From: Vitrella brassicaformis CCMP3155
Taxonomy: Eukaryota > Protista > Chromerida
Assembly: GCA_001179505.1 (NCBI GenBank)
Contig: CDMY01000349.1
Coordinates: 1 to 64,000 of the forward strand
Length of the DNA stretch: 64,000 nt
Direction: 5' to 3'
The translations under genes and the position numbers were made by a program. Below, in pieces: positions 38,445 to 50,962 of the stretch; within the stretch, counting starts at the first letter, position 1, and each line of letters begins with the position of its first letter. The notes beneath the pieces are model-generated. The model saw nothing but the letters and a program-made list of their open reading frames with translations. It searched no databases and was not told the DNA's origin.

Positions 38445-39067
38445 ATGGACGTGATATTGCGGTACACACCACTCACACACACGTAGATATGAATGGATCT
38501 GTGAAAAAACCGCACACCACACATGTATGCTCACAAATTGTGTGCCATTGTCTGTCTGGTGATCAGAGTTCGGCATCCAGGGGCACCGGCTGGCGCTCAA
38601 GTTTATGTGGTGAGAGATCAGACCACATGCACACTGCACAGCGCACTCATTTGTGGTTGGAATGGCCTGTCTGTGTTGGTTTCGGTTTGTGCAGTCTGGG
38701 AGCACTCGTAGCCTGGGATCTTGGCAGTCCGGTGCGCTGCTGCCGCTGGTGCTCATCTCGCCCACCAACGCCGCATCCTCGTCATCGACCACCAGCGCAC
38801 AACCGCCGCTGGGTGGGGATGCACACATGCACTCACCACAGCACCGGTTTGCCTGTCCGTGTTTGTGTGTGGATGTGTTGTATTGTCCTCCCATCCATCC
38901 ATCAGACATTATCTCGGGTCCCGTGTGGATCTCTCCGCCCCTGACGATCCCCCGGGGTTGGCCTAACGTCGAGTACCGATATGCTGTCAGGCTGGCCGGG
39001 CTCACCGCAAAGGAGAGAGACCACCACGGGGACATCCAATGGGAACCCATCACCGGTCGGCGCGGCA

Positions 39068-39098
<31 letters not shown>

Positions 39099-39968
39099 CA
39101 TAGACGGGAGAGCGAGGTTGTGTGGTGTGTGTAGGTAATCGTGTGCTGCGGTGCAGCAAGAGGACGGGCACATTCATCGTCAGCGACCTTTACGGTAAAC
39201 GGCGACCGTGAGGGAACGCCACAGCTGCATGCGTCGTGTTGCCTTTCTTGCGAGGCAGGTCTGAAGTCCGCCCCTCAGCTGAAAAGGGCGACACTCAGAG
39301 AGTAACCAACACAAGACAACACAAGACGACACAAGACGACAGACACACTGACGAAGAGGCAGACATGACACAACATCCTAGGACCTACTTGTGTGTCCCA
39401 CCCCACCAACAGGGTGCGTGAGTTGTATTCGTCCTACTACGGCAGGTCATGGGACCAGGACGACCAAGACTGGGACTGGTTCGACGTACAAACAGACCAC
39501 GATAACGACAACGACCACGAAGACGACACCCACACACACAACGGTCCAGTGACACTCAGGTAGGTCACCACACGATACGAGGCATGTGCATCAGACAGAC
39601 AGACAGTCAGCGCATATCGAGCCACGCTACGCAATGCAATGCAATGCAGAGCTTCGGATGGCCACCGGCCGTCCCACATATACACCCACCACGAGCTGTC
39701 GTCGTCCAACGGCCCCCGTGGAGGGCACGGCGAGCGGTCGTCAGCCATCGAGTGGGAGTGGGCGGCCGTCAGCACCGACCACCCCCGCCACCTCGAGGGT
39801 GACATCAATTGCGTGGGGGACGACAAGCGGAGAAAGGACCTCAACGCGTCTGTTGGTGGGCGTGACACACACACACTTACACCAGTCTGTGCATCTGTTT
39901 CTCTGCTGACGCGATTGTGTGCATCGCTGGTGTGTGTGTGTGTGTCTCAGTTGCTGCCCAGTTCGTGA
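38445..39968 (+). CDS. Protein with N-terminal CBM20-like starch/glucan-binding module and disordered acidic tail
   Basis: Spliced N-terminus MDVILRVRHPGAPAGAQVYV|SGSTRSLGSWQSGALLPL ... VWISPPLTIPRGWPNVEYRYAV..DIQWEPI matches the CBM20 pattern (V.V.GS...LG.W....A.PL / W.....LP....EYKY....WE). No catalytic domain seen. Confidence 0.65.
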
Positions 39969-40622
39969 GCCCCATGTAAAGGAGACAGGATGGCCGTGGA
40001 GAGAAGCTGCTGCAGAGAGTGTTACGTGTGGATGCGTTGCCTTTATCTTATCTATCTGTCAGCACGTCGGATGGAACGACTGACATGAATGAGTGCAGTG
40101 CGTGGGGCGGGAGGAAGTGAAGGCGATGCAAACATGCAAACAACCAACGCGACAGACAGCATATCTGAATCGTTGCACTGCACGTGTGTCCTGAGTGAGT
40201 TTCCTCCCACCAAGCTAGGCTTGTCCATCCACCATAAGCATGGTTCAGTTGTCTCTGTGTGGTTCAATCGTTGTGGCCCAGCCCACCTACCGGCACACTC
40301 TGTGCACTCACTTGCCCTTCTGGTTTGGCGTCAGTCACCCCTCTCCCTCCCTCTCTTGAAGTCAGAACCAGGCCACGGTGTCACACGCCCACTGGTCGAT
40401 GAGCCAACGACAGCATGGCCCAGTCCCGACTCAAAGGAGCGGGAAGGGAGAGACACACAACACCATTACTGAACCACACATCTGCATCTCTCGCACACAA
40501 CGCCATGCCACGCCACGCCATGCCGCCCGCCCACGTTCGCTGTACAACGCATCGCATGCACTTGTCTTGTCTGTACACCACATTTGTCCACGCACGTGTC
40601 GTCTGTCTGGATGATCAGTCAG

Positions 40623-42830
40623 TCAGTCGACCCTGACGACGAATGTCCTGTTCTGCCAGTAGTCGGTGTGCACTGCCATCATCCCGTGGTCATACGACGC
40701 GCCGCCCTCCCACACTACCGCACCAGACCTCTCCACAGACGACAGACTCGTGCGGATCTGAACACACACACAGTCCACACACGCGTCCGCACTCTCAGTA
40801 TTGGTGTGCAGGCTTGTTTGTGTGTGTGTGGTGCTGACCACATTCCATGTCCAGTGGGTGTGTTCGAATGGGAGGTAGATGGGGGCGCAGAGGTAACCGC
40901 CACGAGCCGTGAGACGGACAGCCAGACGCAGGATCCGCTCAATGCCCTGCAATGAAGAAATGAATGAAAGGATCAGTAGAGCACAGAGAGTGGCGAAGGA
41001 AGATGGCCGGCGAGTGTCTGTCTGTAGCTGTGTGAGTGTGGTGGGTGTGGTGTGTGCACCTTGAGTGTGGGTTTGAACCACTTGCCGAAAGGTCCGTGTC
41101 TCTGCGTGAAGCGGTACTCTATCACGGGGCGCAAATGGACCACAACACAGCCAAACCTACACACACACGGATGCACACACATGGATTGGATGCAGGAAAC
41201 ACACGTGCCGGCGTGTGTGTGTGTCTACGTGTGTGTGTACCGGCTGGCCTACTTGAGGTTGCTGATGAGCATGCTCTTGAGCTCCTCGTCGATATCTGCC
41301 AATCGACACACAACACACACACACACACACGTATGTTGTATGTTGTGTGGTGTGTGCTGGTGTGACTGCTCACTTGACCGATGTAGCGCTGTGCACCGGT
41401 GCTGCACGTCATTCAACTTGATGTTCTGACACACACACGATGACACACTCACACACGATGACGACGCACATTAGATAGATGCCTGTGACACTCACTGGGC
41501 TGCATCGCATCAGCCTGTCTGCCTTTGTGCCTGCCTGCCTGCCTGTTCGATGAGTGCGGTTGCCGTGAGCGAGTCCTCGAGGAAGACCACCTCTGCCGCA
41601 CCCTTGGCCGCCGCCTGGATGCCCATCGCACCGTTGTTCGAGTACATGTCTAACACAGTCAACTCGCCACCTGCGCACACACACGTCCATAGAAACCCGA
41701 GGTACTTGCTAATCTGCGTGTGTGTTGGTGTCTATGTGTCTACCTCCGCAGAGGTCGCTGACGAATTGCCGGGTTTCGCGCGCCTGATAGTCCCAGCCTA
41801 CACGTGGACCGACAGACAGAGGACATCCATCTGTCTGTGGACACATTGCTATGCACTCATGTGTGTGAATGAGTTAGTGCTCAGCTCACTTCTGGTAGCT
41901 CCTGCGAGGAGGTTCATGAAGAAGGCACAGTCGCCCTCGCGGATCTTGACATTGTGGTCCTGCAGACAGACGACAAATGGATGGATGGATGCCATTCATT
42001 CGCTGTCGGCTTACGTCTCCTTTGGCGAGGAACTCGAGGTACTCGTTGCCCCCCTGTGCGCGTTTCTCCTTCTTAGAGTTGAGTTTGTGGACGGCCATCA
42101 CCTTGGGCCGCAGCAGCGCCTCAAGCTCGTCGTATATAATGCCCTCCTGCAGGACCGACACACAGACAGCATTTCTGCCTTTCTGCAGCACAGCACGATG
42201 GCGGATCCCCTGTCCTGTGTGTGTGTGTGTGTGTGTGTCGTCTTACATATTTTGGCATCGCGATGGTGTCGAAGCGGACGAGCAGCGCCTGAATGAAATA
42301 AACCCGTGACAAACAAAGGAGAGAGAGCGCAGCTTAGCTTAAGGCAGTGCAGCGGTGGTGTGTGGATTTGCTATTTGCCTGCCCGTCGGTGCCGTACCTT
42401 GCCCAGCCGATCGATGAAGAGGCCTGCAGTGCACCACATATATGTGACACAACGACAGACACAACGACACAGCAAAAACCAGCGGTCAAGACAATCAATC
42501 AATGCACGCGTCTGCCTGCAGGTGTCCGACACAGGTAGGTGTGTGTGTGAAAATGCGTGTGTGTGTGTGTTCAGACGAAAGAAGACCAGTTGAGGTCATG
42601 GGGTGTGTCCCTGAGCTTGACTTGTGTATGGGACACCCTCACAATTAGCATGGACTCAGTGCATCATCACACACAACCACTAAACCCTCTCTCTCCCTCT
42701 CGCTCTCTCTCTCTCTCTCTCTCTGTGACCCACCAGGTAGCTTGTCAGCCTCGCCATTGACGAGCCGATAGAACGGCTCCCTGTACCGACGCTCACGCAG
42801 CTGCAAAGCCTGCACGACACACACACACAG

Positions 42831-42865
<35 letters not shown>

Positions 42866-43618
42866 AAGTAGCGAAGAGTTTGCATGCTATTGGACTCATC
42901 CCATGTCCCTTTATGCTGCTCACTTGTCTGATTCGTTGTCTCAGCAGGTCGTCCGTGATGGTCTGGTCAGTCAGACAGGCAGACGCAGGCGGGCAGCCGG
43001 TGAGCATCCGCACAGGAATCGACGACTGCCGGTTCCACAAACCAACGCCCAACGGAGCACCTGCACACACACACAACCCACACATCGATGATGCAGGCAA
43101 ACACACACATCTCTCCTGTCTGGCTGTCTGGCTGTCTGTCTGTCTGTCTGTCTGTCTGTCTGCTGTCTGGCTGTTCACCCACCTTGGTGGTCCAGCACAT
43201 TGACGATGCTGCCCGCAGGAATGTCGGTCATGCCACCGATGCCCTCTACCTCAGAGTCATACACCCACGGGTGGCCGCGGCGCATCTGCTCCGCCCTCGT
43301 GTACTGAGATGGAACTGGTGATGCCACCGCCTCAGCAGCAGCAGCAGCCGGTGGCGGATCTGCCTCTGCCCGCTGCCCTCCTCCGTCAGTCGGATCTTCC
43401 TCGCTGAGATCTTGCTGCATCTGTGCCTTGGGCGCCTTGAGCATCACACAGGGCCGTTCATGGGGCAGGCTGCGGAGCGACGGCCCCTCGTGTGGCCCGA
43501 CACTCATGGCCTTGGTCGACACAGAGGCAGATGAGAGACGGACGAGCGGGATGCGAGGCGGTGGACGGCCGACCGTGTGACGTCGAACTGACCGCAAAGA
43601 GGACCGCGTGAGCTCCAT
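40623..43618 (-). CDS. RlmI/YccW-like (PUA + class I SAM) rRNA m5C methyltransferase family protein, probably organellar
   Basis: RRGHPWVYDSEV, GAPLGVGLWNRQSSIPVRML, RLVNGEADKLPG, VDRFDTIA, VKIREGDCAF, GWDYQARETRQFV, VLDMYSNNGAMGIQAAAKGAAEVVFLEDS and NIKLND. Confidence 0.8.
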
Positions 43619-43667
43619 CTCTCAAGACCAGTCGGCGTCTGCCTGCGAGAGAGAGCGGTTTCGCGCG

Positions 43668-46600
43668 ATGCCTTTCCTCACTGCGAGCTTGGCATCCGCC
43701 AGGGAGATACCGAAAATGACTGAAGACAGGGAAACCACACCGAACAACATTAACAGAGAGAAAACCCCGAGGGAAAACGGACGTCCAGCACGTGAGCAGA
43801 GCAGAACACACTCGCGGCACACGAGCGGCTTGTGTACACAGACAGAAGATAAATGCCTCAGAAACCACGACGTGTATGTGTACTCTCCTGCTTGTGTGTT
43901 GACTGCCCATTGCACTGCAGTGGATGATCAGTTCGATGATGAGCCGCTGTCGGTCACTGTCCATGATGATGCTCGGATGAGGCCGAGGAGGTCACGCAGC
44001 TGGAGCGTCACAGAACAACCAGGTGACAAAAGCAAAGCACCAAACACAACACAACCACGTTTGTTGATCGGTCCGTCCACTCACTGACTGTGGTCCTTCG
44101 TGTCGTCAGCGCCTCCCTCCCCCTCTGCCGCCCCTCAGCCAATCAGCCCGAGTGTGAGGGGCGACGGTGAGGCCTTCCACACGCCGTCTGCGGGGCAATC
44201 AGAGGACGTCTTCTTTGATGTGACTGACGAACCTCCCCTGCCCGGACTCAACTCGCCCACCAAACCGCCCGGATATGCAGCGGTCTCTACGCCGACGACA
44301 CGCCAACGTGAGCTCACGTGACAGGAAATGACTCAAGGGGGGAGGGCGCCCTGCGATGAGTGTGTGTCTGTTGATATGTCTGTCTGTTTGTGTGTGTTTG
44401 CAGGCATCTATCGTCAGCTGATGGATCACGAGAGGGAGTCCCCTGGCCAGAGGGACACCGAGGGCGCCGGCAAGGTCGTGGATCGGCTGATCCGCCTGTC
44501 GTGGGCCCACTCACACCTCCAGTCCAGCGCCAGCGGCGTCGGCATGCAGGAGCGCCGCAGCGAGCCCCTCGGCAGCTTCGTCAGCGACGACACACAGCGG
44601 GGCAGCATGACCTGCCGCAGCTCACCTGCCACACGCATGACGAGGAAGGAGGCTGAAGCTGATGGGGTCGAGGAGGCGGTGGATCTGCCCAGCATTCACG
44701 TGTCGGTGAGCTCGCCGGCAATGGAGGTCAGCGAGGAGGATGCGACCGCTGCTATAGCTAGGAGGGAGGAGAGGGAGGGGGAGGGGGACCCGTGGGCTGA
44801 GGTGCCACGTGACGAGTCTCCTCCTGTGCCGCCCGCACTGCCCATACCGCCATCAATGGTGCCGAAAAGGCAAAGACGGGTAGGTACGGGCACACACAGT
44901 GCATCCATTTGTGTGTGTGTGTGATGCACCGCACCGACAGGGATAGATGCCGTCCGTGGTCACTGTGTTCCTTTCAGAATGAGATCCTCGATTGGCGAGA
45001 GATGGAGGAGCGGCAAGCCGAGGCGAGCGACGAGAGTGGCAGGCAAGTATCTTTCTCACCGGCCGTCACGCCAACGCCGCCCGGCTCTGTCACCGCAGTG
45101 GCCAGTCCGCCCAGCAACCGCTTATTCGAGTTCTTCTTTGTAAGCAAGATGGTGGCCAAATTATATCCGCAGAGAGCGGAACTGACTGACGGCATGGGTC
45201 TTCCTTCATCTGTGTCGTCTTGTCTTCAGATTATCGGTGTGTCACTAGACACGCTGGAGCACCTGAGCAGCCAGCAGGCAAACGACGACCTCACTGCGTC
45301 GAGTCAGTCGCCCTCCCCCTCCCCCTCCACCCACAACACCGGTCCCCTCCCCCTCCCCCCGGCCAGCGCATTCGTCCGCCCAGCACCCTCAGCATCAGGT
45401 GGCCTGCTGCCGTCCGTCGCTGCTCGCCTCGACGGCAGGATGGGCGGCTGCGCTGCCGTGCCACCCGGGGGCCGCAGCAGCCGCTCCTACTTATCATCCC
45501 GTCGGAGTGTGGGGTCGTCGTCAGGGCGTGAGAGGGAGAGGGATAGTGGGGGCGAGGGGCGTGGGGGCCACCGGCGGTCTTGGGAGGTGCCGCTGGAGGT
45601 GGTGACGGCATTTCCTGTGAGAAACAAGAAGGGTGGCGCTTCCAAGGGTGCTGATGCTGAGGGTGCGACTGCTGCTGCTGCCGACAAGACGGCGCTTGAG
45701 TCTTGTATTTGTGACTTCTGCTTTCCGCAAGGTCAGCTGAATAAGCTACTTAGTGGATATATATCAAGTCTTGCCTGAGAGTGTAAATAAATGAAGGTGT
45801 GTGTTGTGTTGTGTTGTGAAGGTGGTGTAGAGGTATACGAGGTGTGCACTGCGAGTGAGTCGTTTTCAGAGCTGAATGAGCTCATCTACAGCCAGCAGGC
45901 CGTCAGGCAGCGGGGCGAACACACCTTCGTCTTCACCCTCGCTGCCGCATCCGTACAGGTAAACAGAAATACAATCGATGGATGGATGCCTCATGGAAAG
46001 CGATGAATGACTTCTGTGTGTGTGGGTCGCCCTCGCCCTCGCCCCCTCGTCTGACACGTCAGGAGGTGCCTGATGACAGCATGTTTGACCCAACGGACCT
46101 GCTGTATTGCTTCTGCCTGATGAAAGAGGAGCTCCTGCAGAAGCCACCCACCACCGCCCGCTCTCCCCCCTCCCCGGCCTTGTCCTTCCCGCCCCCTCCC
46201 GACGCCTGGCGCGTGCCTCACTGCTACTGCATCGTGTCGCGGTACCCCTACTTCCGGCTGTTCTTCGATGTCCTCTTCGCCGTGCAGGCCTTCAGACAGC
46301 TTGTGAACCTGCAGCTGTTTCATCCCGACGGTGTGCCGGACAGCGACACGGCCAAGGAGGACTGGCAGTGGATCGAGGCGCAGGCCACCACTGACCCGAC
46401 GCCCTTCTCGCCGGATGTGCTGACGAGAGAGTGGCGGCTGCGGAGGACGCCTGTGGTGCTGTCGTCTGCGTGTCGGTATGTGTTCCATCGGCTGAGGCAG
46501 CTGCGGGCGCCGCAGCCAGGGAGCACTCTGGAGGTCCCGCTGCCGCCGCCACTCGACTGTGTCCGCTATGTGCCGCCAGAGGCGCCACACAATGTACGTA

Positions 46601-48623
46601 CATGACCAGACACATAGCACACCCATGCAGCACACTGATCAATGTGATCCTCCTTCCCTCCCCTCCCTGTGTTTGTGTGGGTCATGCAGCATTATTTGGC
46701 CGAGTGGTCGTACGGTGTGCTATTTTCGCGTCTGCCGGTGACGTCTCTGCTGGTGCTCATCAGCGCCGTCCTGCTGGAGCAGAAGATCGTTGTCATATCC
46801 AAGAGCATTGCTGTCGGCACGGCAGTCGTCCTGGCTGTGCCAGCACTCATCCAGCCATTCAAGTAACTCTCCAACCAACCAGAGGAGACGACAGCAACCA
46901 ACACACTCGCCACTCTGTATGTCCCCATGGCATGGCAGGTGGATGCACGTGTTTCTGCCGATCTGCCCGACATCTCTGGCCGTCAACTTGATCGAGGCCC
47001 CTGTGCCCTTTCTCGTCTCACTGCAGGCCCTCCCCGCCGCCCTCCAGCAGCACATCCACGCCATGCAGCAGCTAACACCCTCACCCAGACCCTCCGACAT
47101 GTCCGCATTCGGCGCACCGCCCTCTCTCCCGCTGCCCCTGGCGAGCAGGGACGGCTGTGACGAGATGGACACGGACAGTGCGATGGACCTGGTGGTCATC
47201 GACATCGACAACGCCACCTACTGGGTGGGCAGCAAGGCCCTCACACACAAGTTGGCGGGCGCCCCTCAGCTCTTCAAGGCTCTGGGCAAGTTCCAGCTGC
47301 TGCTGCAGCACCCCTCCCAGCAGCAGAGAGCACCCCCACCACCATCCCGCCCCACGCCGCCCACGTCATCTCCCAGATCGGCCGTGACGGAGCGTGTCAG
47401 CCGCAGCCCCCGATGGATGGCGGCCATCACCAGGCGGACCAAGAACGTGGAGGGTGGCAAGAGGTCCGTCACAGAGGAGGGGGAGGCCACGACGACTGCC
47501 AAACAGGACTCACAGGAGGAGATCATGGACGGCGAGGGAGAGGAGGACGGAGGCGGTGGCAAGACGCATCGGCAAAGGGGACAGCGATTCTTTGCCGGCG
47601 CTATGGGTGCGTACGCACGCACGGTGCAGCCAGCCAGCCAGAAGATGATCGGTCAGTCACAATCCCATAAATTTGTTTCTGTGTGTTTCGCACATCTGTG
47701 CAGCTCTGCGCATCCCCCGCAGCCAAGGCCGCGTGATCTCCGCGCCTGAGGCAGCCCCCACAGGCAAGGGTGACCGCTCACCCCCCTCCCTCACCAGGAG
47801 GCGCCTGTCGCTCCCATCGGTGGTCGGCTTCGGTGTGCATCGCACCAGCGGCGGCGGGCCCCCCTCCCCCTCCCCCAACTCACCCAGGGAGTACACCCCT
47901 CGCCCCACCTCACCCGCTGACGCCACCACGACCAGTCATCGATCTGTCGCTGGCGCGCTCTTCTCACGCCCGTCCGCATCCCCACATGCGTCACTATGGA
48001 GGCGGGACAGAGACAGAGACAGAGGTGCCCCGTCAGTGTCTGCCGGCGGCTCCCCGCTGTTCAACAACCACGGGGGCATGGGTGGGATGGCTGTGGGCCC
48101 GCTGGGTCTGGCTGTGCTGGGTCTGGGATTCGAGTTCACAGCCGAGCAAACGGAGCTGCTGCACCAGATGGGGGATCTCCTGCAGGCCGCCGCGGAGCTG
48201 CTCGCCAGCCACCTCAAGATCTTCGTTCGCGAGTTCTACAACGTCAACCCCGTCCCACCGGTGCCCCAGAACCCGCCGCCCACACCACCGCCACCACTGG
48301 GCAGACGTAGCACAAAGGAGAGGCTGGAGGCTGATGACCGATTTGGGCTGGAGGAGGCACAAAACGGAGTAGTGGTGGCTGATGGGGCGCCGGCGCCCGT
48401 CGCTTTGTCCGCTGCAGTGGGGGGTGAGGGGGTCACCCCACCCCCGCAGATGCTGACGTTGCTATATGATGTGGAGAGCCTTGGGCGTGCGTGGGATGAG
48501 TATGCCGGGCGCAACTTCGCTGTGTGTGATCGGCCCTTCGCTGTGTCGTACTTTCGGACGCAAATGTGCCAGTACCAGCTAGAGAGGCTCATTCGCGAGC
48601 TGATGCTGCCGCAACAACAGTGA
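43668..48623 (+). CDS. DENN-domain protein (Rab GEF family)
   Basis: uDENN-like LFEFFFV|IIGV, ICDFCFPQG, HTFVFTL, LLYCFCL and PHCYCIVSRYPYFRLFFDVL. cDENN LFSRLPVTSLLVLISAVLLEQKIVVISKS..LIQPFKW.HVFLPICPT...LIEAPVPFLV. dDENN-like FAVSYFRTQMCQYQLE. Confidence 0.9.
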
Positions 48624-48911
48624 TGTCCGGAACGAACGAATGCACACCTGCCCACGTGGCGTGGCGTGGCCTCTCTCTTTGTTGTCCTATGTGGACGTAC
48701 GTACGTACGTACGTGTAATTGGTGTGTACGTGTGTGCTTTACGTCTATCTATCTGTCAATACGCCATCATTTGATGATTTTGCGATCGACAGAGCTAGCA
48801 CAGCAACAGTCCGCTCCACACACAAGCCAGACCAGTCCAATTGGCACCCATAGACATGGACACGTACACACACTCACACACAGACACAGACACACAGCCC
48901 CCTCCGCCCCC

Positions 48912-50807
48912 TCAACGCTCCTCCGGCGCGGGTTGCTGCTGCTGTTGTTCTCTCTCCGGCTCATCGCCCGTTGACTCTTCAGCAGGGTTTCCAGACGACT
49001 CGCCCCCAGAACTCTGTGTCTCGGTAGAAGGGAAAGCGGCGGGCGGCGGCGATGCCTCGGGGTCACTGGGGAAGACCAGAAAGTCAAAGAAGACGTCCTC
49101 GCACTCCCTGCCCTTGGTGCCCTCCACCGTCCTGGCCAGCACGCGGAAGTGCTTCGTCGTGACGTCAGATATCTGGAAGCTATACAGCACTGACGCGCAG
49201 TCGTCGCCGCGCTTGGACCTGACGGACCGGCAAGCCAAGGCAAGAGGAAGGAGCCGAGAAAGAGATTGCCATTTCTTGTGTCGTGTGTGTGTGTCTGTGT
49301 GTTGATTCGAGGGGGCTGACCGAATGATGCCGAAGACCTTTGGTGGCGTCTTCTTGTAGGCCTTGTTGTATGTGAGCTTAGTCGACTCACCCACCGTCAG
49401 ACGGACACGACCAAGAGTGAGACCGCTGGGCAGACGGACTGCATTTCATACCAACAAAAAAATAAGATGGATGGGATCAGCCAAGCCAGTCAGTATGCAA
49501 GCTGTGTCTCGCCGTGTGCACGGCCGTCTCCCCCACCCCCCTTCCACCCACCAGATCCGAATACTTCCTGGTCAAATATGACCTTGGCGATCGGCCCGTA
49601 AGGCGCCTGTGGCGGCTGGATGGCCACCCAGTGAAGCACCACCGTCACATCCTTATCCCACCCCTTGGCCTGCCACCCCATTTTCCGGCCTGTACCGGCG
49701 TCCACTCGGCCGTACTTGGCCTTGTAGCCGTGGTGCGTGCTACTGTGGATGTTGACGGCCACACCAGAGGCGAATGTGCGGGAGGTGGCCGAATGGGAGG
49801 GGGGGTGGAAGAGCTCAGGGGTGACGAACACAAGGGGGGCAACGAGGGAGGGCGAGAAGGGGCGGCGGAAGGGCCGTACCACGTAGGCAAGCCGGTCGAT
49901 GGACGTGTGAAAAATGTCGGAGCCAAACTCGACAAAGAGATCATCTGGGGGGCAGGGCAGGCAGAAAGAAGCAGACCAGACAAAAGACCAGTCAGTGGCT
50001 ACACAAGCGCAGAGACACAATATATATATGTCTCTCCTTACCTTCAGGGAACTCCACTATATCGATGTATGCCGTCTCATTGCCTACGGGCTCGGGCCAC
50101 CCTGGCCCGGGATCTTCCCTCTCCCCCCCGGCGGGCAGGTTGCCCGTCATTCGTCTCAGCTCCGTCACTTCGCTGCTTTCCACTGCCTTGAAGACCGAGA
50201 AGGTGAATGCAGCCGGCATCTGGCTGTTGTCCAGGGTGTGCACGGTCACTGCGAATGTGGCATTGGCCGCCCAGCCGCGACTCGCACGGACCTGCCGCAC
50301 ACACAAACACACATGCACGATGGATGGATGATTCATGCACGCCTTTGCCTTGGCCTTCTCCCCTCCCTCCCCCTGTGCCGTACCGATGCGAGCACTCTCC
50401 TGGGGGCTCTCTTGCGCTTCGGCCATGTGAATCGGTATGTCTTGAGGGCGTCCGTGCTGCCGGGCAGTGGGAAAGTGACCGTTGCAAAAGGCCAGTCGCA
50501 CAGCCAGGTGCCCTCAGTGGAGCACGACAACAGAGCCGACAAGTCCGATTTCTCGGGAGCGGGCGTTGTTGTGGCGTTGGTTGCTGCAGTGGGGACGATG
50601 GGCTGCGACTCTTGGAGGAACGAGGAGGGGGTGAGAGGGCGGAAGTCAGCTTCTGCCACACATCAGGGGAAGATGGATTATGGCATTTGCGGCATCTGAT
50701 TTGCATGCACCTCTTTGGCTGAGCTCCGCGTCTGCGAGAGGCCCGTGCATCCTTGCGAGGTACCCCATGGGGAGGAGGAGGGCCAGGGAGAGCCACAGGG
50801 CCTTCAT
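48912..50807 (-). CDS. Secreted protein with three tandem H-type-lectin-like domains
   Basis: Signal peptide MKALWLSLALLLPMGYLA. Three units of F..PF/Y...P.V....(insert)..V......F/Y......W/F.A/V: RFTWPKRKRAPRRVLASV..FAVTVHTL; RPFRRPFSPSLVAPLVFVTP..VAVNIHSSTHHGYKA..VLHWVAI; LTYNKAYKKTPPKVFG..FQISDVTTKHFRV..FDFLVF. Confidence 0.65.
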
Positions 50808-50962
50808 TGTCAGCGCCTGTGCGATGTCTGCGATAACCACTGTTTCTCTTCTTCTCGGAGTGGTACCAAAGGGAGAGTCAACGGCCCCCCAGGCGAGCTC
50901 AGATGGCACCGGGTGCGGCGAGTGTGCGTTTGTTTCCATTTGACGCTGATCCCGAGTGTTGA

